From: an uncultured Chitinophagales bacterium
GTDB lineage: Bacteria; Bacteroidota; Ignavibacteria; UBA10030; F1-140-MAGs086
Length of the DNA: 64,000 nt
NCBI GenBank assembly: GCA_964358705.1
Contig: CAYHPL010000012.1
Span: 39,247 to 103,246, forward strand
Reading direction: 5' to 3'
Under the pieces are notes generated by a model. That model was not told where the DNA came from, ran no database searches, and saw nothing but the letters and a program-made list of their open reading frames with translations. Both the position numbers and the translations under genes were made by a program. Below, piece after piece: positions 20,971 through 30,007 of the stretch (its first letter is position 1; each line of letters begins with the position of its first letter).

Positions 20971-21074
20971 ATTACTCCGCATAAAAAAATTATTCTCTCT
21001 TTCCTTTCATTTGTATTTTCTCCATCACATCCGCGCTAACTTCAAACTTTCCGTATATTCTGCCGCACTTTTTT

Positions 21075-21542
21075 ATGCCGGTATTTTTATCCCAATACAT
21101 CGAAGTATGTCTTTTCAGACGAAAAGAAAACAGCGCGCAGTATTTACTTTTACAACGCTCTGCAACGGAAAAAGTATATCCTGCCATGTGGCAAATTGTT
21201 ACAGCAAAAATTGAAGAAGGTGAAACTGCTTTGCAGACAGCACAACGTGAGATTGCGGAAGAAACTTCCCTCGCGCCGCTTGCAATGTGGAATGTTCCTT
21301 TTGTCAATTCGTTTTACGATATAAAACGCGATGCTATCAGTTTTATTCCGTTTTTCGCAGCAGAAGTTTCGTCAAATGCAATGCCTGTACTTTCTGACGA
21401 ACATCAGCAATTCGCGTGGCTTTCGTATGAAGAAGCGAAAGAAATACTTGTATGGAACGGACAAAGGCAAGGACTTTCAATTGTGCAGGAATTTATTGTC
21501 GGCAAAAAAGATGCAGAAAAATTTTCACGAATAATTATTTGA
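21075..21542 (+). CDS. NUDIX hydrolase
   Basis: Nudix box GETALQTAQREIAEETSL (GX5EX7REUXEEXGU). Confidence 0.7.
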   Translation: MPVFLSQYIEVCLFRRKENSAQYLLLQRSATEKVYPAMWQIVTAKIEEGETALQTAQREIAEETSLAPLAMWNVPFVNSFYDIKRDAISFIPFFAAEVSSNAMPVLSDEHQQFAWLSYEEAKEILVWNGQRQGLSIVQEFIVGKKDAEKFSRIII

Positions 21543-21672
21543 GTAGGGTAGTATATTAGTAAAGGTAGTACGTTAGTCGCAAAAAAAAATTCATCATCTC
21601 TCAAATACTAACCTACTAATTTACTTACATACTCAACGACTCAACAACTTTTTACACTTACTACTTTATTAC

Positions 21673-22581
21673 ATGAGTTTACTTGTTGTCGGTTCTATTG
21701 GCATAGATACGATTGAAACGCCGTTTGGCAATGCGGAAAATGTTGTCGGCGGTTCTGCAATTTATATTTCGCTTGCTGCGAGCTATTTTTCTCCGATACG
21801 ATTGGTTGGCGTCTGCGGTGATGATTTTCCTAAAGAAGCAATTCAACTTCTCAAACGCAAAAATGTAGATTTGGAAGGAATGGAAATTGTGAAAGGCGGA
21901 AAAACTTTTCGCTGGGGCGGAAAATATCATTACGATATGAATATGCGCGATACGCTGTTCACGGATTTAAATGTGTTCCACACATTCGACCCGAAAATTC
22001 CTCCATCATACACGAACAGCAACTACGTTTGTCTCGGAAACATTGACCCCGTACTGCAACTGCGTGTGGTGAAACAATTGCAACAGCCAAAACTCGTTGT
22101 CTGCGATACTATGAATTTCTGGATAGAAGGAAAACCGACCGAACTGAAACAAACACTTCAGTATGTAGATGTGCTTGTTGCAAATGATTCCGAAGCGCGC
22201 TTGCTTTCCGGCGAACCAAATTTATTCCGCGCTGCTAAAATTATTCGCGAAATGGGACCGAAAATTATTATCATAAAAAAAGGTGAACACGGCGCACTGC
22301 TGATTACTGAAAATACCACATTTGTTGCGCCTGCATTTCCATTGGAAAATATTCACGACCCAACCGGTGCAGGCGATTGTTTTGCGGGTGGATTTACAGG
22401 ATGGCTTGCAAAAACAGATGATATTTCCGATGAAAATCTGAAACGCGCTGTGATTTACGGAAGTACGCTCGCATCATTTTGCGTTGAAAAATTTTCTATT
22501 GACCGCATTAAGGAACTTACCCACTTTGAAATTCAAACACGCTATCGAGGTTTCCGTGCGCTGACACAGTTTGAAGAATAA
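21673..22581 (+). CDS. PfkB family carbohydrate/nucleoside kinase
   Basis: Ribokinase-like fold with the C-terminal DPTGAGDCFAGGF motif. Confidence 0.8.
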   Translation: MSLLVVGSIGIDTIETPFGNAENVVGGSAIYISLAASYFSPIRLVGVCGDDFPKEAIQLLKRKNVDLEGMEIVKGGKTFRWGGKYHYDMNMRDTLFTDLNVFHTFDPKIPPSYTNSNYVCLGNIDPVLQLRVVKQLQQPKLVVCDTMNFWIEGKPTELKQTLQYVDVLVANDSEARLLSGEPNLFRAAKIIREMGPKIIIIKKGEHGALLITENTTFVAPAFPLENIHDPTGAGDCFAGGFTGWLAKTDDISDENLKRAVIYGSTLASFCVEKFSIDRIKELTHFEIQTRYRGFRALTQFEE

Positions 22582-22610
22582 AAGTATTTTTTTTTTGAAA
22601 GGAATATGTT

Positions 22611-23132
22611 ATGAAAAACTTTTTCTCGTTGTTGTTGCTCTGTTGTACAATAAGCACAGCAGGATTCTCTCAATCGGATGATTCTACACAAAGCGCGCAC
22701 AGAGGAAAAGCGCGCGTGGAACTCTCCGGTCCGCGTTTCGGAATTTCCGTTATTACCGGAGATGATGCAAAAGATGTACGCGATGAACTTGATATTGCGC
22801 CGGTGATGCTGCAATTCGGCTGGCAGTATGAAATTCAGTTTGTTTCTGAAAAAGAAGATTTCACCATTCTTTCAGAATTTATTCCGCTTGTCGGAGGAGT
22901 GGAGCAAGGAGTTTTTTTGCCGAGTCTCAGCGGACTCATCGGCTATCGTTCCAATTCGGGATTTGAATTTGGTTTCGGACCCAATCTTTCTATAACAGGA
23001 GCCGCGCTTGTTATTGCAGCAGGAAAAAACCTGCAGACATCTTCATTAAATTTTCCATTAAATTTCGCACTTGTTTTTGCAAAAGGCGGAGTGCGTGCAT
23101 CGGTACTTATTGGTGTGAGTACAATTGAGTGA
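22611..23132 (+). CDS. Hypothetical exported protein (small outer-membrane beta-barrel-like)
   Basis: Signal peptide (MKNFFSLLLLCCTISTAGFSQ), alternating hydrophobic pattern. Strong terminator downstream. Confidence 0.5.
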   Translation: MKNFFSLLLLCCTISTAGFSQSDDSTQSAHRGKARVELSGPRFGISVITGDDAKDVRDELDIAPVMLQFGWQYEIQFVSEKEDFTILSEFIPLVGGVEQGVFLPSLSGLIGYRSNSGFEFGFGPNLSITGAALVIAAGKNLQTSSLNFPLNFALVFAKGGVRASVLIGVSTIE

Positions 23133-23161
23133 AGAAAACTGTTTCATAGTGAATTTTAATA

Positions 23162-23190
23162 AAACGACTCACATTGAGTCGTTTTTTTTA
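23162..23190 (+). terminator. Rho-independent terminator
   Basis: Stem acgactca/tgagtcgt followed by T8. Confidence 0.7.
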
Positions 23191-23312
23191 TATTAAAGCG
23201 ATACCAATTCAATTGTCCGATTTTCACAAATTTTTTTTTCCCCCTTTCTGCAACTTTTTTTCTGAAAATCAAGTCTATACAAGAGTTTTTTTACCACAAA
23301 CTATTTCCTCCA

Positions 23313-24707
23313 ATGAAAAACTTAGTTACCATCAGCATACTCTTATTCTTTTGCGCAATTCCGGTAGTTGCGCAGGAAGGTCTTGATAAAGTAAAAGCGG
23401 AAATTGATTCTTCCGTTAACGAAATTTCTGATTCGTACAAAGGAAAATTCGACAGTTACTTTGTGCAGACTGATTCCACCAACGATACAGCATCTGAATA
23501 TCGCCTTTCCATAAAAAATCCCTATTGGAATAAACACCTCTCCCGCTACAGTTTATATTCTTTTTCTCCTGATAATGGGATTCAACGCAATCAGGCATTT
23601 CTTTTTCCATGGGAATCCGACGCGGATAATTTCAACATGCGCTACAATCGCGTAGAAGGATTATTTCTCGGATGGAACTATCCGCAAAAATATTTTTGGA
23701 ATACCGAGCGCTTTAAATTTTTCGGTTCGTTCGGCTACGGATTTCAATCGCATTTGTGGCGCTATGGCTGGGGGATTTCAACGCAGTTTGGTTTTGATGA
23801 ACAACTTCTCGAAATCGGCGCAGAAAATCACAGCGTAACGGATACAAAAGACCAGTGGATAGTCAGTGAAGATGAAAATACTGTCGCGGCTATGTTCACT
23901 AAAAATGATTACCGCGATTATTTTGAACGCAAGGGGTTTTCACTGTGGACAGGTTTGTATCATCGCGATGAAAATTCTGATATGCAGGCGCGTGTTGCTT
24001 TTATGAATGATGATTATGCTTCACTCGAAGAAATATCACGCTGGTCATTATTCCGCAAGACAAAAAGTTTCAGAGAAAATCCTACTATTGATGATGGAAA
24101 AATAAAAAGTCTTGTTACCACTCTTGAATATCACAGTTCAGACGAAGGACGATATTTTTCGCGCGGATGGAGTGCTGCCGCAAGTGGTGAGTATTCCGGA
24201 AATATTTTTAAGAAGGATGATTTTAATTTCAATCGTTACATTCTTGATGTTCGGCGTTATCAACCATTGGGCAATTTTCTTATGCTGAATTTTCGCGTGC
24301 GCGCAGGAACATCCACAGGAGTTTTGCCTCTGCAAAAATCATTTGATATTGGCGGCATTAGTACGTTGCCGGGATTTGCGTACAAAGCAGGAAGCGGCAA
24401 CCGTATGTTTCTTGGCAATGTTGAGTACATTATGAACGCCAGAATTTTTGACGATGAAGAAATTTTTCCATCGTGGTTGCTGAGAAACAGCAATATCATT
24501 CTCTTCTTCGATGCGGGCTATACGGCGCAGGTTTCTCCATTTGAAAAATTTTCGGAGGGATTTGAGAGAATGACGTTCGATACGTTCCGCTCCGATTATG
24601 GTTTTGCAGTGGGCAGCCGCGATGGAAAATTACGTCTCGGTTTTGCATGGAGAACAGATATTGCAACTTCACCAAATGTATTTCTTCGTTTGCAACGACC
24701 ATTTTAA
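23313..24707 (+). CDS. Outer membrane beta-barrel protein (Omp85/surface-antigen-like C-terminal region)
   Basis: Signal peptide, 464 aa, beta-strand-rich C-terminal half, terminal Phe (…LRLQRPF). Confidence 0.4.
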   Translation: MKNLVTISILLFFCAIPVVAQEGLDKVKAEIDSSVNEISDSYKGKFDSYFVQTDSTNDTASEYRLSIKNPYWNKHLSRYSLYSFSPDNGIQRNQAFLFPWESDADNFNMRYNRVEGLFLGWNYPQKYFWNTERFKFFGSFGYGFQSHLWRYGWGISTQFGFDEQLLEIGAENHSVTDTKDQWIVSEDENTVAAMFTKNDYRDYFERKGFSLWTGLYHRDENSDMQARVAFMNDDYASLEEISRWSLFRKTKSFRENPTIDDGKIKSLVTTLEYHSSDEGRYFSRGWSAAASGEYSGNIFKKDDFNFNRYILDVRRYQPLGNFLMLNFRVRAGTSTGVLPLQKSFDIGGISTLPGFAYKAGSGNRMFLGNVEYIMNARIFDDEEIFPSWLLRNSNIILFFDAGYTAQVSPFEKFSEGFERMTFDTFRSDYGFAVGSRDGKLRLGFAWRTDIATSPNVFLRLQRPF

Positions 24708-24740
24708 ACTCTTTTGAAATTCGATAATCGCCTATCGAAG

Positions 24741-24816
24741 CGGTTACAATCCAAAGCGAAAGTACAGAATTCTTTTTGTATCTTTTCCGCCGAAAGTTGT
24801 AACCGTTTTTGTTTTT
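24741..24816 (+). terminator. Terminator-like long-loop hairpin plus T-tract
   Basis: cggttacaa (24741-24749) pairs with ttgtaaccg (24797-24805), followed by tttttgtttttt. Confidence 0.3.
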
Positions 24817-25078
24817 TATACAATTACACAGCACATTGAAAAAAGAAATTATTTTTACCACACTTGAAGAGCAGGGAAAAAGTGTACGCGAGTATTCAAA
24901 AAGACTTTCGTACGTGGGGCGGCTTGCGTTGTTGCAGGAACTTATTTACACAACACACGGAGATATTCAGCCATCTTCCGACGGAGAATTGCACATTTTT
25001 GAAAAAGATGACGATGAAACATTCAATGAGTTTTTTGCAAGAGTAAAAAGAGAAAGAAAAAATGCGGCTCATCAGTGA
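24809..25078 (+). CDS. Hypothetical small protein
   Basis: 89 aa ORF with no recognisable motif. Directly precedes the nucleotidyltransferase fragment. Confidence 0.25.
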   Translation: MFFIQLHSTLKKEIIFTTLEEQGKSVREYSKRLSYVGRLALLQELIYTTHGDIQPSSDGELHIFEKDDDETFNEFFARVKRERKNAAHQ

Positions 25079-25202
25079 AACGTTTCAGAAATTTTTAACG
25101 CTGCTGAACAGCAATGACGTGGAATATTTGGTTATCGGTGGTTACGCGGTGAATTTCTATGGTTACTCGCGCTTCCGGACGACACAAAGATTTGGATGAT
25201 TT
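25062..25202 (+). pseudogene. Truncated N-terminal fragment of a nucleotidyltransferase-family protein (MntA/AbiEii-like)
   Basis: Encodes MRLISETFQKFLTLLNSNDVEYLVIGGYAVNFYGYSRF. The frame then breaks, and the +1 frame continues ...TDDTKIW, resembling the conserved RxTxDxDxW region. No full-length ORF. Confidence 0.4.
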
Positions 25203-25264
25203 GGAAAATTTATAGGAATAAATTTTTGATAAATCTTTTTTACAACTAAAACTCTCAAACTACT

Positions 25265-26692
25265 ATGAAACTTATACTCACAATTTTATTTTTCTCCACA
25301 CTTTCCTTCTCTCAATCCTTTGAGAAATATTTCTCCACTACAACAATGCGTGTAGATTATTTTCATACGGGAACAAAAGGGCAGGAAACAATTTCGCTCG
25401 ACAAAACCTATGAAGAGGGCGAGTGGAGCGGAAGCAAAACTCATCTGCTTGACGAACTCAATTTCGGCGAGTATTTTGTAAAAATATTTGATGTGCAATC
25501 GAACGCGCTCATCTTTTCGCGTGGATATTCTTCTGTGTTTTTTGAATGGAGCACAACGGATGAAGCAATAAACGGCGTATGGCGAACCTTTCACGAAACA
25601 GTGCGGCTTCCGTTTCCGAAACAAAAAATTCAACTCACCATTTCCCGCAGAAATCAATTTGTCGGCGAAGGGGAGATGATGTCCTTTCGTGAAATTTTTG
25701 CTACGGTAATTGACCCGAATAATTCTTCGCAAATAAATCGCGAGAAAAGAAAAAATGCATTGCAGGTTTTTGATGTGCTGAATAACGGCAAGCCGGAAAA
25801 TAAAGTTGATATACTTATTCTTGGCGATGGCTACGCAAAAAGCGATATGAAAAAATTTGAAACAGATGCGCAGCATTTTGCAGATGAAATATTCAAAGCG
25901 TCACCATTCAGCAAGCACAAAAAAGATTTTAATATTCGCGCGCTCGAAGTCATCTCAGAAGAATCCGGCATTGATAAACCCGGAAAAAATATCTGGAAAA
26001 ATACTGCGCTCGGAAGTCAATATGATTTTTTCGGTTCTGCACGCTACATACTTACGCAGGAAAATCGCGCAATGCGTGATATTGCAGGCGCTGTGCCGTA
26101 CGATTTCATTACGATATTAATTAATGACGACAGATACGGCGGCGGCGGCATTTATAATTTATACACAACGTGTTATACAAAAACAGACAAGGCGGGAATG
26201 GAATGGCAAATGGATTATGTGTATGTGCACGAATTCGGACATAGTTTTGGCGGGCTTGGTGATGAGTACTATTCGTCGCAGGTTTCGTACAATGATTTTT
26301 ATCCGAAAGGGACTGAACCATGGGAGCCAAACGTAACGCCGAACACAAATAAAGAAACGCTGAAGTGGAAAAATTTTGTTGAGAAAGAAACGCCCGTTCC
26401 AACGCATTGGGAAAAATCTGAATATGACAGTCTCGGAAAAGAACGTGGAAAACTTGACCGTCTTGCATTGGATTACTATGAAAAACGTATGCCGCTGTAT
26501 GAGCGCGAACAACAAATTTTAAAATCATCAAAGTATGCGGGAAAAGTCGGAGCATTTGAAGGTGCGGGTTATGTGAGCAAAGGAATGTACCGTCCGTCCA
26601 TTGATTGCAGAATGTTTTCGCTGAGTGTAATAGATTTCGACCCGGTTTGCTCAGCGGCGATTGAAAAGGTGATAGAGTTGTATGCGAAGTAG
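25265..26692 (+). CDS. M64 family (IgA-peptidase-like) zinc metallopeptidase, secreted
   Basis: Signal peptide. HEFGHSFGGLGDEY HExxH motif characteristic of peptidase family M64. Confidence 0.75.
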   Translation: MKLILTILFFSTLSFSQSFEKYFSTTTMRVDYFHTGTKGQETISLDKTYEEGEWSGSKTHLLDELNFGEYFVKIFDVQSNALIFSRGYSSVFFEWSTTDEAINGVWRTFHETVRLPFPKQKIQLTISRRNQFVGEGEMMSFREIFATVIDPNNSSQINREKRKNALQVFDVLNNGKPENKVDILILGDGYAKSDMKKFETDAQHFADEIFKASPFSKHKKDFNIRALEVISEESGIDKPGKNIWKNTALGSQYDFFGSARYILTQENRAMRDIAGAVPYDFITILINDDRYGGGGIYNLYTTCYTKTDKAGMEWQMDYVYVHEFGHSFGGLGDEYYSSQVSYNDFYPKGTEPWEPNVTPNTNKETLKWKNFVEKETPVPTHWEKSEYDSLGKERGKLDRLALDYYEKRMPLYEREQQILKSSKYAGKVGAFEGAGYVSKGMYRPSIDCRMFSLSVIDFDPVCSAAIEKVIELYAK

Positions 26693-26751
26693 GGAAAATT
26701 TGTTGACCTTAAAAGATAATTTTAATGATTTTTTTATTTAGAGATAATTCA

Positions 26752-29700
26752 ATGAAGCACGAGAATTTTTTTAGTTTAAAGGCGTTACTTTCAATAGTCA
26801 TTACAATCATAATAGTGTTATTGATCTGTTTTGAACAAAGTATTTCAAAAAATAAAGTGAGAAAGAACAATCTCTTTAAAAATAATAAGATTAAAAGCGA
26901 TGTTATTGAAAAGGATACAATGGTATTAAGAAAAAGTTCCGTTCTTAATATTGGCAATGTCTCTGCGCGTATCTCTAACGGTGCAACACTTGGATATGAT
27001 AGATGGGGAGAAAGCTATGAATTTCCAAGAAGAAGCGGCATTACATATCATTGGACTATTGCGCCTCTTATTGGAGCAATGAAAAAAGATTCTTTAGGAT
27101 TAGTGACAAAGAAATTTGTCGCAAGTGGTACTCGTGGTGCGGCACGCTTTAGTGAAGAAGAATTTTCACCATTAATCGGATATGATGCTGGTTACGAAAA
27201 TGCAGGTCAAAATATTGGTATTGCGTTTAGTGATAAACCAGAATCTTGGCCGACCAATTGGCCTTTAGGACCCAATGAATTCCCAGTTGATTCTACTGGT
27301 CGTTTTACTTATCCATCATTCAAAGGTATAGCAAACGGTACCGTAATGGCTCCAAGAGAGGCATATTTTGTTGTATGCGATAATGATTCGAGCTCTGGCT
27401 ACTTTAATGTACCGCAGCCGATGAATATCAGAGTTGATGTGTGGGCAATGCAATATGAACAGAGGGACATAGTAAATAAAAATGTCATTATTTATCGCCA
27501 TGTTATTCGTAATATAGGAACAGACACACTTTTCAATGTTTATGTAGGCGTGCACGATGATCCGGATTGCCCTGAGCAAGGTACTGCAGAATGGACGGAT
27601 GATTTTGCCGCGTTTATAAAAGAAGGAGAAGATGTTTCGGGGTATCCGCAAAAGAGCGATTCACTTTTGTGGAATTTCGTTTACACGTGGGATGGAGATA
27701 ATCTTTCAGCTGGGTTTGTCGAAGATGGAGTTGGCTGGGCGGGAATAAAATTTTTGGAAACACCTCAAAACCTCATAACAGGTCAACAGAGTGGAATAAC
27801 GACTCTGCAAGTATTTGAATATAGCAATTCACCACAAACGGAAGAGGGAGAATATGAGCAACTCGCAGCAGGAATTATACCTCCGGATAATATTTTCCCA
27901 CACCCTAACGATTATACTCAAACACCGAATTCTTATGGGCCTGATGTTACTGTCGTTGCATCATCAGGACCTTATACAATTTTTCCAGGAGAAAAACTTC
28001 AATACAGCTATGCGGTCATTCATGGAAAAAACAAAAATGAATTATTTCAGACTGCAATGAATTGTCAGATGATTTTCAAGCAAAATTTTCATGCACAATC
28101 AATTTATATGCAGAGTTTTACCGTTGACTACATTTCTCCTTTAATGACTATAATCCGTTGTGTGATAAATGCAGAAAACTCAGATGCTGCTTCTATAAAC
28201 TGTTACTTTAAAAAATACGATTCTGTTGTAGTATCACAAATGCTGCTGTACGATGACGGAAATCATGATGATGGAGAAGCAGGAGATAAAATTTTTGGAA
28301 ATTCATTATCTCTTCTTCCTCAAAATGCTGGATTAAAACTTGATGTGGATGTTCTGTTCTTAAATAATTATAATTACACGTCGTATGATGTTATGCAAAA
28401 TATAAGTACGGCTGATGTAGATATTTCTAACTTAATTGTTGCATCAGATAATCTCAACGACGATGGTATTGTAAACCCGGGAGAAAATATTCGTTACACG
28501 TTTACACTTTCAAATAACTCCAACGAAAATTTTTCGCATTTACAGTTGCAATCATCAGTAGAATCCAAAAAAATATTAATTGCTAACCTTAGTGCGCAGT
28601 CAATATTGAATTTTATCTATGATTCAACCAATGCACAGTCTTATTTCTCTTTTAATGTCCCATCGAATTATTCTGATTCTATTTTTTCAATAATTATAAC
28701 CATGAGTGATTCAAATCAGAATCAATGGCTAGACACATTGAAGTTTCTTGTAATTCCATCTACATTGCAACATTATGGAAGTACCATAAACCATATTGGC
28801 GGTTATAGTGATTGGGAGTTTAAAGTGCGGATTGTTGATTCTACCATTGCCATCAATCACTCCTATGAAATCACTATCAATGATTCAATTGATTCATTGG
28901 GTAACAAAGGGTTTACCTTGAAAGATATAACAACAGGAGCACTCTTGTTACAAAACTCTGCACTTCCCGATGAATTTGCACATAATATCCCAGTTATTGA
29001 TGGATTTAAAATAATGCGAGGAGACAAATGGGGCTCCATAGGCCTGTGGAATGATTCCGTACGTTGGCTTGGAGAAAACGGTTCTTTATGGTTCCGTGGT
29101 TTTCGCTTTAAAGATGATTTCGATTTGTATTCAGCATTCAATGGAGGAGTTACAATTGGTTCTTCACTTTCTCTGTATTCTACACCATTTGGAAATTTTA
29201 TTTCGTCATCATTTCGACCAAGCGAATCATATACGGTTAAAATCTTATTTGATACGAGCAATACGCAGAAGGCATACAGATTACGTAGGTCATCAAATGG
29301 ATATACTATTCAATCGTCAAATCCGTTTGTTTCTTTACCGTTCACTGTTTGGGATATTCAGAATTCATCAAACCCAAGACAACTGACCGTTGCGTGGATA
29401 GATTCATGGCCAATTGTGAATGGAAATAGTATTTGGGATCCTGCCATTGGAAATGATCGCAATGAAATAATATTCATTTATAATAAATCATATGACTCAA
29501 CGGGATTATTACAATTTAGTATGCCTCCTAATGCCATTCCAAATGAAGCAACAATAGGATTTAAAGCAGATATAATGTATGGGCTTTCACTTGCTATAGA
29601 TTCAGGACATGCGTTAAACGAAAATTCTGGAGCCTTATATCTGCGTCCCTATATGTCAATTACATCTCGTGATACATTTACATTTAATCCGACAATATTG

Positions 29701-29988
29701 AATGTTTCATATATCGAAGTTCCATTGAATTTTGCATTATATCAAAATTATCCCAATCCGTTTAATCCGATTACAACAATCCGTTTTTCAATACCCCAAC
29801 AAGAACACATTAAAATAAAAATTTATGATATACTTGGCAAAGAAATCGTAACTATAATTAATGATATGATGGAAATGGGTGAATATCAAATTCAATTTCA
29901 CGCTGGAAATTTTGCTTCCGGAATATATTTCTATCGCTTAGAAGCGGGAAAATTTTTTGATACAAAAAAAATGTTGTTGCTAAAGTAA
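26752..29988 (+). CDS. Large secreted protein with T9SS C-terminal sorting domain (function unknown)
   Basis: Signal peptide. C-terminal LYQNYPNPFNPITTIRFSIPQQEHIKIKIYDILGKEIVTI...GIYFYRLEAGKFFDTKKMLLLK T9SS CTD. ~1078 aa. Confidence 0.75.
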   Translation: MKHENFFSLKALLSIVITIIIVLLICFEQSISKNKVRKNNLFKNNKIKSDVIEKDTMVLRKSSVLNIGNVSARISNGATLGYDRWGESYEFPRRSGITYHWTIAPLIGAMKKDSLGLVTKKFVASGTRGAARFSEEEFSPLIGYDAGYENAGQNIGIAFSDKPESWPTNWPLGPNEFPVDSTGRFTYPSFKGIANGTVMAPREAYFVVCDNDSSSGYFNVPQPMNIRVDVWAMQYEQRDIVNKNVIIYRHVIRNIGTDTLFNVYVGVHDDPDCPEQGTAEWTDDFAAFIKEGEDVSGYPQKSDSLLWNFVYTWDGDNLSAGFVEDGVGWAGIKFLETPQNLITGQQSGITTLQVFEYSNSPQTEEGEYEQLAAGIIPPDNIFPHPNDYTQTPNSYGPDVTVVASSGPYTIFPGEKLQYSYAVIHGKNKNELFQTAMNCQMIFKQNFHAQSIYMQSFTVDYISPLMTIIRCVINAENSDAASINCYFKKYDSVVVSQMLLYDDGNHDDGEAGDKIFGNSLSLLPQNAGLKLDVDVLFLNNYNYTSYDVMQNISTADVDISNLIVASDNLNDDGIVNPGENIRYTFTLSNNSNENFSHLQLQSSVESKKILIANLSAQSILNFIYDSTNAQSYFSFNVPSNYSDSIFSIIITMSDSNQNQWLDTLKFLVIPSTLQHYGSTINHIGGYSDWEFKVRIVDSTIAINHSYEITINDSIDSLGNKGFTLKDITTGALLLQNSALPDEFAHNIPVIDGFKIMRGDKWGSIGLWNDSVRWLGENGSLWFRGFRFKDDFDLYSAFNGGVTIGSSLSLYSTPFGNFISSSFRPSESYTVKILFDTSNTQKAYRLRRSSNGYTIQSSNPFVSLPFTVWDIQNSSNPRQLTVAWIDSWPIVNGNSIWDPAIGNDRNEIIFIYNKSYDSTGLLQFSMPPNAIPNEATIGFKADIMYGLSLAIDSGHALNENSGALYLRPYMSITSRDTFTFNPTILNVSYIEVPLNFALYQNYPNPFNPITTIRFSIPQQEHIKIKIYDILGKEIVTIINDMMEMGEYQIQFHAGNFASGIYFYRLEAGKFFDTKKMLLLK

Positions 29989-30007
29989 AAATAATGGAAC
30001 CATTCCA

